Shown here: positions 1 to 10,170 of the stretch, piece after piece
How the letters are laid out: each line of letters opens with the position of its first letter
How positions within the stretch are numbered: the stretch's first letter is position 1
Assembly: GCA_026770705.1 (NCBI GenBank)
Contig: JANJGN010000007.1
Span: 168,144,001-168,208,000, forward strand
Direction of reading: 5' to 3'
DNA from: Isurus oxyrinchus
Lineage: Eukaryota
Length of the DNA stretch: 64,000 bases
Made by a program: the position numbers and the translations under genes
The notes under the pieces: model-generated
What the model was told of the DNA's origin: nothing
What the model saw: the letters and a program-made list of their open reading frames with translations, nothing else
Databases searched by the model: none

Positions 1-884
1 GGCCTTTTTACAGGAGTGCTATAATTTTTAGTGGTATGCCTCTAGTACGAGTTCATTGCACTGAGAATAGCAGCCTTTGTCTGATTTATAACTGGCAGAA
101 ATTCTAGCAGACAACATAGAGTAAACCTCACGAGATTTTCCTACCAGCCTTGTATCAGGCATGTCCAAAATTCTCTTGGCCAATGTAATTGAGCTGCCAG
201 TTTCTCGATGGCTATAAAGGATGTTTCTACATCCTCCTTTTCTAATTTGGTGACAAATCAGGAGAACTTCAGGAAATCAAAATTTTTTTCTGGGCTAAGG
301 GCATTTAATTAACCATGAAATAAAGTCAGATTCTCCCTGGCTGCCTCAAGCTGTCTCAGTTCTCTATCTTTCTGGGCTTGCAATTCTCAAGCTTTTCAGG
401 CTGGAAAGCACGTGCTTCCCTGTCCTTTTTGGTGTCTCTTTCCCTTTCTTTTTCCCTTGCCTGAAACACTAACTTTAGATTCCTATCTTCCAGGCAAATT
501 TTGGCTTGAGTAAACTGGTCTGTTTCAGGTTCTGTTTCCTCTGCCTGTTCCAATTCTGGAGTGAGGTCCAGATGCACAGCCAACATCTTTAGTACCTCGG
601 ATCTCTATGCTTTAATTTTAACCTTAAGTTCTACCTGCTTAGCTATGGCCTTTAGGGATGCTAAATTTTTGCCAAGTTTAAGTCTTCCTTTTGTTGAAGT
701 GCTTCTGAACTGAAAGTAGCCATCCTATTTTCTATTGTTAGTACTCATAAGGCTTACTGATGTAAACCCTTGTGTTATTTCAACAATCTTGGTTTTATGT
801 TACTTTTGCCTTCTACTTCCAATTCTTTTAAAGTCAGATTTGGCTAGTTTGCAAGGATTTAATACCAGATGCAGTCCCCAATTT
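1..884 (-). mobile_element. Gypsy (Gmr1/SCAN-type) LTR retrotransposon: 5' internal region with decayed gag
   Basis: Minus-strand translation across stops and frameshifts gives LASLKAIAKQVELKVKIKA*RSEVLKMLAVHL, a coiled-coil stretch (ORF 356-586), then FDFLKFS*FVTKLEKEDVETSFIAIEKLAAQLHWPREFWTCLIQ / LVGKSREVYSMLS / KAAILSA.ELVLEAYH*K. This matches the Gmr1-type gag motif (F..FE..A..L.WP...W..L.Q..L.GKA...Y..L...K.AIL.AYEL.PEAYRQKF). The element runs off the window start. Confidence 0.85.
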
Positions 885-1185
885 TGTCACGGACAAATTT
901 TAGGTATATCCTTTTATTTGGCCATGATCCAATTTATTTGTATGTGGATGTGTGTATTTTCTTACCTTTGGAGTGATTGACTCAATTTTAATAAGCCAGC
1001 AGTGAGATTTTGTGTATTTAAAAATGAAGAAGGTTATTTTATTTCTCTCACACTTGCCCCAGAAGTTAACAAAAACATGCTATCTAGCTCAATCAACACA
1101 CACACAATATCACACATACACAGAAAACTAGATACAGATGAAGATAAAACAGTAAATATAAAAATGGAACTTAATTCAATCTCCA
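885..1185 (-). mobile_element. Partial 5' LTR of the Gypsy element, with adjacent degenerate tRNA-Pro-like PBS (about 864-880)
   Basis: On the minus strand the LTR ends ...GTGACA, followed by AAAT and TGGGGACTGCATCTGG (cf. Pro PBS TGGGGGCTCGTCCGGGA). There is a minus-strand AATAAA near 1040. The outer boundary is uncertain. Confidence 0.6.
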
Positions 1186-1749
1186 TATCGGTGCAGGCCT
1201 GATCTCTCTTCATTAAGTTGAACCTGGATTTCAGACATCAAAGGCCAAAGCCTAACCCAGTGCATCATCTAGTGCCACTATTGAGTATCCTCTTTATCAA
1301 ATCTTGCTATGTTTCTCAGGTGGTTTAAAAAAATCATTGATTTCTTTTAAAGGCAGAAAAACAGTGAAATTATTGCAAATCATAATGTGAAAGTCACAAA
1401 ACAGTTGCAACACATGCACTAGAGTTTCCCTGCTGGATCTAAGAGCTCAGTGTGAAAGAAGCTGTTCCAACACATTTTCTAAAGAATACAAACCTGATCA
1501 TAATCCAGCACAAATAGAAAACATTTCTACAGTTGGCAGCACACACAAGTGCTATAAAAGCACAGCAGTCAGTAATTTCTATTCAAACTTTTGTTTATTG
1601 TTATTGCCCTTTCTAAATCTTAATGCCTAATAATTAAGGTAGTTAATTCATAGTTGCCTTTGAAGCTTATATCCTGTTTTGGATTGCTTCTGACTTGCTT
1701 CCCTTATGTATTTTTTCATCTCCCCATTTTTGTTCTTGAAAGCAGCAAG

Positions 1750-2015
1750 TCCCAGCTATCTTCCTATACCTCGGCCAAGTAAGCCTAGACATTGAGTGTT
1801 GGCAGACTGTACAATCATGGGGGTGCCTTAGCTGAGCTTACTGTTGTTCACACCTGATGTCCACATGCACATTTCCCAGCAGGTGACATTGGATAGCAAT
1901 CAAGGGCAGAAGTCCTTGGTTGTTTCACCCCGTGCCCCCCCCCCCCCCTCCAAATCCATAAGTATTAAAGCCAATTGTGGCACCCTACTGTTTCCCCCAG
2001 CTGAGATCACACAAA
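1750..2015 (-). mobile_element. Old tRNA-derived SINE body (unnamed family; related pieces at about 6400-6605, 20000-20140, 45470-45660, 47220-47290)
   Basis: The motifs CCAATTGTGGCACC..CAGCTGAGATCA and GCACATTTCCCAGCAGG recur in degenerate form at the other sites. The copy at 6400-6605 ends in a reverse-strand tRNA-like head. Confidence 0.5.
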
Positions 2016-2229
2016 TGTTTTCTTTGAATGTGCCATGTTAATAAAGGAAACTCAGACTTCAGAAAGCTTAGTTCTGCTGGAATCTCCATTGCATGAACAC
2101 ATTTCATTCCCAGGAAACCTCTCATTCATTGAACTGTAATAGAGAACTGGAATGGTCTGGTGGAAACAGAAAAGGACTCTACTCAATTATTTTGCACACT
2201 GGAAAGATTTGTGTCAATATAGTGCCTTA

Positions 2230-2545
2230 TCAAAAACATCTCAAAACACCTAAAGCAATTATTGATTTGTAGACAAATGGAGCTGCTATTTTCTACATAA
2301 CAAGATTCCATGAATTGTAGTTAGATTAAGAAGTAGTTGTCTGTTATTTTGGTAGTGCCACTTGATGGAGGAATGTTGGCCAGGACACCAAGAGAGCTGC
2401 CTTTGCTTCTCCAAGGTGTCAGCCTTGGCTTAGTGAAGCTATCATATCTCTGAATCAGAAAGTTGTGGGTTCAAGGCCTATTTGAAGCCTACACACTTGA
2501 AGCGAAATGTTAATGTTGCTGCATTGCGCAGAATATTAACCCAAG
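2230..2545. mobile_element. Deu-domain SINE fragments (SacSINE1/AmnSINE1-like), in opposite orientations
   Basis: GATGGAGGAATGTTGGCCAGGACACC is the reverse Deu domain. It is followed by a tRNA-like head, TGGCTTAGTG...GAATCAGAAAGTTGTGGGTTCAAGG. Confidence 0.6.
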
Positions 2546-2829
2546 CTTTTAAAATTTTGAAAAAACTGTGATGCTGTGACAGTGCAATGAGTTCCCCGTA
2601 AATGCTGACTGAGTTACTGATATCTGCATATGTACGACTAAGTTGCTGAAAATATCAAAATATATCTTAGCTGCTTAGCTTCCAATGTGATTGAAAGTAC
2701 CCAGGTTGCAGTCATGAGGGAGAGCTTTTCTATTCATGAATAATGTCCAATTGTTAGGCTGTTTGGGTCTTGTCCTTTTCCAGCCTCACCTAATTTTCTT
2801 TCCTCAGCCTCTTTCCACTAGAAGGACCA

Positions 2830-2980
2830 AGACGTGGAGAGGTTTACGGAAGGAATTCCAGAGCTTAGGGCCTTGGCAGTAGAAGGCATGGCCGCCAATG
2901 GTAGAGTGATAAAAATCAGGATGGGCAAGGGGCCAGAATTGGAGGAGTGCAATTATTTCTCTAATGTTGTAGGGCTGGGA
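2830..2980 (-). mobile_element. L2-clade LINE fragment (end of ORF2)
   Basis: GGAATTCCAGAGCTTAGGGCC..GAAGGCATGGCCGCCAATGGTAGAG encodes STIGGHAF.C.GPKLWNS on the minus strand. Same family as 14770-15190 and 59698-60217. Confidence 0.8.
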
Positions 2981-5549
2981 TTTTCGTTGTAAGTAAATAC
3001 TTTTCCTGGATTAGAAATGCTATCTTACCTTTAGCCTAAAATGGATACAGTTGTTACCTGCTATGTAACAGTGCATGACTTGTATTGTTTCTACATATTC
3101 ACCTAACTATAGCAAGTTAAAAGAAATGGCTGCATTGGGTGATATGCCTTTTGGAAAAAGTCTTCCATTCCAATTAAATGTTTACTAAAGGTTATGACTA
3201 ATAGTTCACTTTGAACAGCTGATTGCATAATCTGTTTGAGACAAATATGCCATTCACCTCCAGCAATTGGAGGTAGTGCAGAATGTTGCTGAATGCTTAC
3301 AGCTGATTAGATTGACGAGAGAAGTAGCTGTGCTTATGCCGAAGAGGTTATTTAAAAAAGAACACGCTGCTTTTATTGCATGCTCTATTGGTGGATAGGA
3401 ACACTTTATTCATGGCGCTGAAGTACTAGATATTATTGTTGTCAACAACCTGTAAGCAAAAGAAAATGAGACCTCTGGAGCTCCACAAGTTTATCAACAC
3501 AAAAATATGCTTGTCGAATGGCTTGACAAACAATGACCTTTAATTAAATCTAGTCAATAGTTCAGGACAAATTGTTGGTGAGATATCAATTTAATAGAAA
3601 TGTGTGATCACATTTAAGTACTGTAAATTTAATTGTGCACTTTTATGTAAAGATTAGGAGAATTTATTGTGTTAATTTATATGGAAATTGCCGTCCACAT
3701 AGTATTGGAGCGCACATGTCATTTGTTTTACTGTTGTATACGGCTTTGAAAACAACCATGTCGTTCCGTGGATAAGAGAAGTGTGCTTCTGCTGGCGCAT
3801 TCACAAACTTGTTGAATTCACTCTCTTGATTGTATTTCATTGTCAAGAACTAACGCTTACTAATTTGGCAGCTTTTAGCTAGCTATCCTGTGGTGACACA
3901 GGCAGTAATTGGGCATTTTTGCACTAATAGGAGATTCAACTGGAAAAAAAAATGAGAATGAAAGAGAGAAGAGAGAAATTTCCAGACTGTGGGCTATTGA
4001 TTCTGTTGATTGTGAACACAGGGGAAAGCTGACATTCAGTGCACCTAATTGTGATTTTATTGACTATCATTTCTGCCTTGTTTATACTGCCATGACTCGT
4101 AGCTCACCATGACTGATGGCTCTCGTTCAGATGGAACGTTGTGATTCAATCCACGCATATCCCATCTATTCAGCTTTCTGAATGCAGTGGTCATGCCTAT
4201 ACAGGTCTCGTGTGGGCCAAGAGGGAAGTAGAGAATAATAACCCTGGGGCATGACTGCAGGCATCGAGGTTATTCCCTCTGCTGCTAGACTAGGCTGTGC
4301 TTCATAGATTAATGCAATCAGTCCCAGAATGGGTAACTGCTATGATTGCAGAAAGAGCAAAAGACTTGTTCGAACAGTTGATTATATACGGCTTATGGTT
4401 TTATAAACAAGACTGTATAATCTGCTTCCCTTTTCTTCCCTTTTGCACTCCACAAGTGAGCACACATTTGCAATACTGAAGACAATTTCTCTATTAAGCT
4501 TTGGAAGAATACTACAAAACGCTGCTGACACATATCCAGCTACAGTACAGTAATCTCCAAGCTATGGTTCATGAATTAGCCATGAAGATTTTAGTCAATG
4601 AGATTTAAAAGATCCGCCTTCAGCCTGTCATAGATTTTTTTTTAGCCACTGAATCAGCTCTGTAATAGAGCGTTTTGATTTTATTAATGACCTATTCAGT
4701 GTATTAGTCATTTTATTCTGGCTCCTGAGTGATGTATTTATATATCTAAGTACGATGATTAAAAATACTGGCCAGGAAGTTGCTCCGGGTCTCTCATGCA
4801 TTGTTGCTGTATCATTTGCTGAAATGCCATTTATGTGAATAAAGGACTTCCACTGAACTATGGTGGTAGTGGGACAAGGGAATTCCCGGCAAATGAAAAA
4901 ATGAAATAACTCTGTAATTTTAATTTAATTACATTTCCATTCACTTTAAAGCTAGAAATCAACAGCATTCTTTCTGTTCAATAAAAGGCAACGTAAAGCT
5001 CTTTGAAAACTCAGGTTAACTTTGTCAAGCTTATTTTCTGAGCTTTCACGAGTATGAGCATTGCTGACAGATCAGGACATTGCAGGAATGTTGCTTATGA
5101 TTTGGTAAAGACACTGGACTGCAGCCGCAAAGGCTCAAGGTTACGCACGTGTCCTTCCTCATGCACTGTCGCCATCTGACTTAGCTGGCTTCCCTCCTTT
5201 CTCTGCTGCCTTTAACTCATCTTGACTCTTTGGAGCTTCTGCCTCTCTCCACACTGTGTCAAAAATCATTTCTTCAGAAAGTCTTCACCTAATTCTCTAA
5301 TTCTCCCATGGTGTATGTACAGTTTAAATGCTAGCCACTATCTTCTGACATTTGTCCTTATTTATAAAGTTCAGCAGAAGAGACATCTGTGACACAAGTT
5401 TTGTACTAAAACGTCTTATTGGCATCAGAAGTCATCAGCTACTTCAGGGGAGCACTTGATTTTTTTTTTCTCCAAAGATAAAAGACTACAAGGAATAGAG
5501 GAAAGAGAAATGGTTTTGCAGTTTGCAGCATCTGAGCAGCAGTCACTTA

Positions 5550-6130
5550 CCACATTGTACAAGGCAAAAACTAACTACCATAAAATGAAGTTGAAGAAGT
5601 ATGTGAGATTTTGGGTTCCTAATTGCAGGAGGATGTCAAGGCAATAGAGAGAGTTCGGTTCAGACTTACTGGGCTTTTGCCAGGTTTGAGAAAATACATG
5701 TGCAAAGAATGAACTTTTTTTATTTCAAGAGAAGACTATAGGGTGATTTGCTTGAAATTTTTAAAATTAAGAGGTCTTTAATATTATGAAGGAGTAGCCC
5801 TGGCTAAATAAAAACACTCTTGCCAACGATTGACATCTCTAGAATGAGAGGATCAGACATGAGATTAAATATAATAGATTTAGGACTGAGAGCAGGAGAA
5901 ACCTATTTACACAGAGGGTTGTGAGGTTGTGAATGCACTGCTGGAGTTAGCAATTGAAGCAGTGACCATGTTGACATGCGAGAATTGGTTGGATAAGTGT
6001 TTGAAGATAATGGGGTATCGGAACACAGCAGGCACAGGGGATTAAGATGACTGCTGTTGTGGGGGATCAATACCAACACGAACTGGTTGGACTGAACGGC
6101 ATGTTCAGTGTTGTAATTTCTGTGTAATGC
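5550..6130 (+). mobile_element. CR1 LINE 3' end, decayed
   Basis: Contains CR1 C-terminal signatures (GAAGACTATAGGGTGATTTGCTTGAAATTTTTAAAATT; AGGAGAAACCTATTTACACAGAGGGTTGTG..GAATGCACTG) and a TGTAAT-like tail. Confidence 0.75.
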
Positions 6131-7471
6131 TTTGAAAAGACATACATCTCATTTGATGAGAATTAACAGCCCTTTTTGTGGTTGTATCATTACCCAAAGC
6201 TTACTCATATGTTGATGTGCACACTGTGCAAGACCCAAAATGTGTGGCAAGAGGATATGGAGGTGAGGGATAGAAATTGTGAATGAATGGCCTGCTCCTG
6301 GTTCCATGTTCCTCAGGAGAAGGGGAATAACTCGGAACTGGTATGGAGCTGGTAATCAGTCAAAATTTACTTGTTCCTCATTCAAGTGTGTTTCCTGATA
6401 GGTTAAGTGAGCAACATGGTTGATAACCACTGTGGAGATGCGAACATGCTGGATTATTTTCTGTTACTCACAGAATACTGTGGTCAATTGTAGTCTATCT
6501 TCTGTTGCCAAATCTGAGATCAGAGCACAGATGAGATCTAACCCAGGACCTTCCAAGTCTATATGGTTAAACCTCTTATCAAATAAACTCATTGAGCTAT
6601 CAGGTTCATACATTGCAACAGTAACTACACTTCAAAAGTACTTAATTGAATGTAAAGCTCTCTGGCATGACCTGTTATGAAAGGCTATATATAAATACAA
6701 GTAATTCTTTTCTCAGGGCTGCCATGACAGCAATGTTCAGCAAACACAGAACCAGGATTTAACGAAACACTTTAATTCATAAATTAACAATTTGTTCATT
6801 TCAGAAGTTCATTGTCTTGTTGATCATTAGTGTACATCTTAAATTTTACGACAACTTTATTGGAGTCAAAATTATGATTGGATGAACTTAGTTTCCTGAA
6901 AATTCAGTATCGGTGTCTGGATCTTAGTGATGGATGATCTAAATGAACTGAATGGCTTTTCCTCATTTCATGCTTCAGATCGAACATGCAGAGAGTTATT
7001 ACTGCATGGACTCCATTTCTTGCCCAACAGCGAGCAGCTCTCTTTACAAGGGAGAACCAAACTACCTGGGTGGTGAGTGGGGCTGTGGAGCAGTTTTATC
7101 CACTTTCTTGATTAAAAAAGGATGCGTGGAGTTGATCTCCGTGGAAGAGTAACAGCAGAGTCTAGAACGGTCTGGGTTATGCTTTGGAGAGGGCCAATTT
7201 CTTTGCATGTAGTCAAGATTTGCATTCCTGAATCAAAATACCTTTGAGCTATATCCATCACACCTCGGGTGTCACATGATCACACATAAATTTATATTTC
7301 ACAGTCCAGATTTCTGAAAAAGTAGGAGTACAGGATCTGAAAATGCCTATACTAACCTGATCACTCTAAACAGCTTCTGCTATACCACGTAAATTTCTAA
7401 TACTTTTCCAGTTTGCATGGATGGTGGACTTGGGTATTGGTGATTGTAGAGACACCCATGTGCATTGTAGT

Positions 7472-7710
7472 ACAAAAGCAAAGTTCTGCAGATGCTGGTA
7501 ATCTGAAATAAAACCAGAAAATGCTAAAAATACTCAACAGATCTGACAGCTTCGGTGGAGAGAGAAACAGAGTTAACACTTCAGGCTGATGACCTTTTTA
7601 TCAGAATGGCTGAAAATATTCTGATGATCGGTCCTCGATCTGAAACATCACCTCTGTTTCTCCCTCCGCAGATGCTGCCAGACTTGTTCGCATTTCAGAC
7701 ATTGTGGTCT
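7472..7710. mobile_element. Penelope-like pLTR fold-back (inverted pair) with hammerhead-like cores
   Basis: The left arm ...CAGAAAATGCTAAAAATACTCAACAGATCTGACAGC..GAGAGAGAAACAGAGTTAAC..ATCAGAA is mirrored by TTCTGATGA..GAAAC..CTCTGTTTCTCCCTCCGCAGATGCTGCCAGAC. CTGATGA is at 7621 and GAAA at 7642. Confidence 0.75.
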
Positions 7711-8364
7711 TTCAGCATTAATAATTAAAGTTTCTTGATTTGCCACGAGCAAAACAAAAGCACAAAACAAAATGGATGAAGTGATCTCCTGAGCAATGTC
7801 ACAGAATCCTTCTGCTTGCGCATTGGCTGTGCTATGACTGCATGAAAAGATTACACTGTGGCATTACCACTGAAACTGCATGGAGAATAGATCAAGTGCT
7901 GGCTATGGGGTATGCATTTCTGTTTGATACTTTCTCTGTTTCCCCATTGGGTGCCTGGCTCTATAGAATGGGAAAATAATATAACAGCTGCTGCTGTTCT
8001 TTTCTTTCTGTTTCATGTTCAAATGTTATCAGATGCCAACAATGTACAGAAAGCACAGTGTGATGCGCCTTTTGGGAGAAGCTTTGTATCTCCCTTTTTA
8101 AAGGGGAATTACTTGACTTATGGGTGGATTAAGAAACAATACGGAAAATTGCAGGTCATCCTCCGAGGTTTAAAGCATTTGAAATTAATGCAATCGACCC
8201 ATGAGGAGAAGAAAACTCTGGCATAGTGTCCTTGGCTCCTGGTAGCTGCAACCTGAGCATAAGATGGTAGGTAATCAGGGTAGAAGCTAGGAATGCATAA
8301 GAAGTTGTCTAATAAAGCAGCCGGTATCTATTAGCGCAGCAGTGCCAGGGCAGGGGGAACTGCT

Positions 8365-9255
8365 GAGTAAAGTGACCCAGAGGTTATTTTGGTGATATTT
8401 TTAATTTATGTTGATGGCTTGATTTGAGAAGCTCAATGCAAACTGATCAAATTTTCAGGTGTTAAAGATCTTGAATTTAGGGAATTGAACGACCTGTAGA
8501 ATAAGTAAATGGGCAGGATAGAGGCAGGTAAAATTGAGCATAGGCAAGTGCAAGGTATTGCTCATGGGAAGAAGTAAGAAAGAGTTATAAGATCTGCATA
8601 AATTATATTCTAATACTTCTTGAAGTTGAAAAAGGTCTAAGGATTTTAGACACTCAGCAATTAACGTGCCTAATCAGTGATAAACAAGGCAGATGAAATT
8701 ATGAAATACAAAGCCATATCAGTGGAATACAAGGCAAATAAAGTTATGCTTAAGCGGTTGAATGCCCTTTTAACCACCATGAGCATTTTAACTACCTTGA
8801 GCATTGTGTTATGTTTGGTTGTGGAGACATGTGGGAAATTTCTAAGCTCTAGAAATGGTGCAGAGAAATACCACAAGACTGAATGTTAATATCAGAGGAC
8901 TGACTGATGAAGGAAGATTGGACAAACTTAGGCTGCTCACCTTTGTAAGGGAACAACTGGAAGTGAATCTTGCAATTAATGGTATGGTAAAGATAAATCT
9001 GAAACATTGTTTCATATTAAACTGTTGGTTGAGGGAGCACAAGTTCAAACCAATGAAAAATAAAATTAGACTGATGTTTGGCAGTTCTTTGCACAGAGTT
9101 ATGAGCTTATGTAATGGACCTCTTGGTAGGGTATTGGAGGCAAAACTCCTGGAATCATTTAGAAAGTAACCAGAGGCTGTGTTGGCTTTTTCTAGATTTA
9201 AGAGCTAGGATAGATCAGTTGAGCCTCCTCATCCATGTTTATCTTGTAATGTTGT
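8365..9255 (+). mobile_element. CR1 LINE, decayed RT C-terminal half and 3' end
   Basis: Remnants FLIYVDGLD (cf. FLIYINDLD), KCKVLLMG, EKGLRI, then the AGAAATGGTGCAGAGAAATACCACAAGAC and GGGAGCACAAGTTCAAAC segments typical of CR1. This accounts for the ORFs at 8670-9169. Confidence 0.75.
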
Positions 9256-9464
9256 GAAAGTGTAGAGAGTTCAGTGCAGCCCTGTATCATGTTCAATACC
9301 AAGTAAGTAAAACTGCCAATATGTCTAATTTTGATAGCCAGTCACAAAGTTGAACAACACAGCTCATAATGTTAAAAGCATTTAAATAAATAAAAATAAA
9401 GTTAATTCCTCTGCCTTTTTGTCTCTTTATAGGAACTTTTACTTGCCTCTCCAGCTGAAATATA

Positions 9465-10170
9465 GGGCTAAATCTAGTGGAGGCGATAGGGATCTTGACC
9501 TCTGGGTGGAGAGCCGTGTGTTGCCTGTTTTCAGGAAAGCCCTCTGCATCCTGTGCCAATTAGGCACTTGACAGACTAGCAGTGGGCCCTCCCCAGGATC
9601 AAGGATCCCAGGGGTGGAAGCCCCACCAGCTGAGAGCTGCCAGCCAATCAGAGACCAGAAGCTCTATTGAATGGCAGCACACCATGAAGGGGGTGGCTGC
9701 TGCCAGTACGACACCCACCCAAGACCTAGGATTGTCACTGGATCCTAGACCAGGCATGACTGATGGCAGGAGGGGTGTCGGGTGGTGGCCATTGTTGGGG
9801 TGGGGGGAGGAATGAGGGGGGATCAGCAGCAAGGGCAGGCATGTGGCCCACAGCAGTACCCCCTTCTCAATCCTGAGTCCCTCAATCAGGCACTGAGTTC
9901 CTTTGAAGAAAGGACCTCTCTTAGGAGTCTGCAGGCTAATAAGCCAGGGTTTCCTTGTTGTGAACCTCCTGCCTGTCACTGGGTTAATATCATTAATTGG
10001 CCATTTAAGGGCCTCAATTAGCAGTCGGGCTGGAAGGCTGTCCGCGGGCCAGCGTCTTAGTTGGGGCGGAGGCAAGAAGGCAGCAGGCTCTCCACCCAAC
10101 ACCCCCCCCGCTCAGTTAAATGCCCCTACCACTATACTCGCCAGGGGACAAAGGGAACAAGATTCTGCCC
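9465..10170. mobile_element. Harbinger-type MITE (about 706 bp)
   Basis: Left end GGGCTAAATCTAGT versus reverse complement of the right end GGGCAGAATCTTGT (11/14). The 3-bp TSD ATA is on both sides. The GC-rich interior is shared with 39832-40603. Confidence 0.85.
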
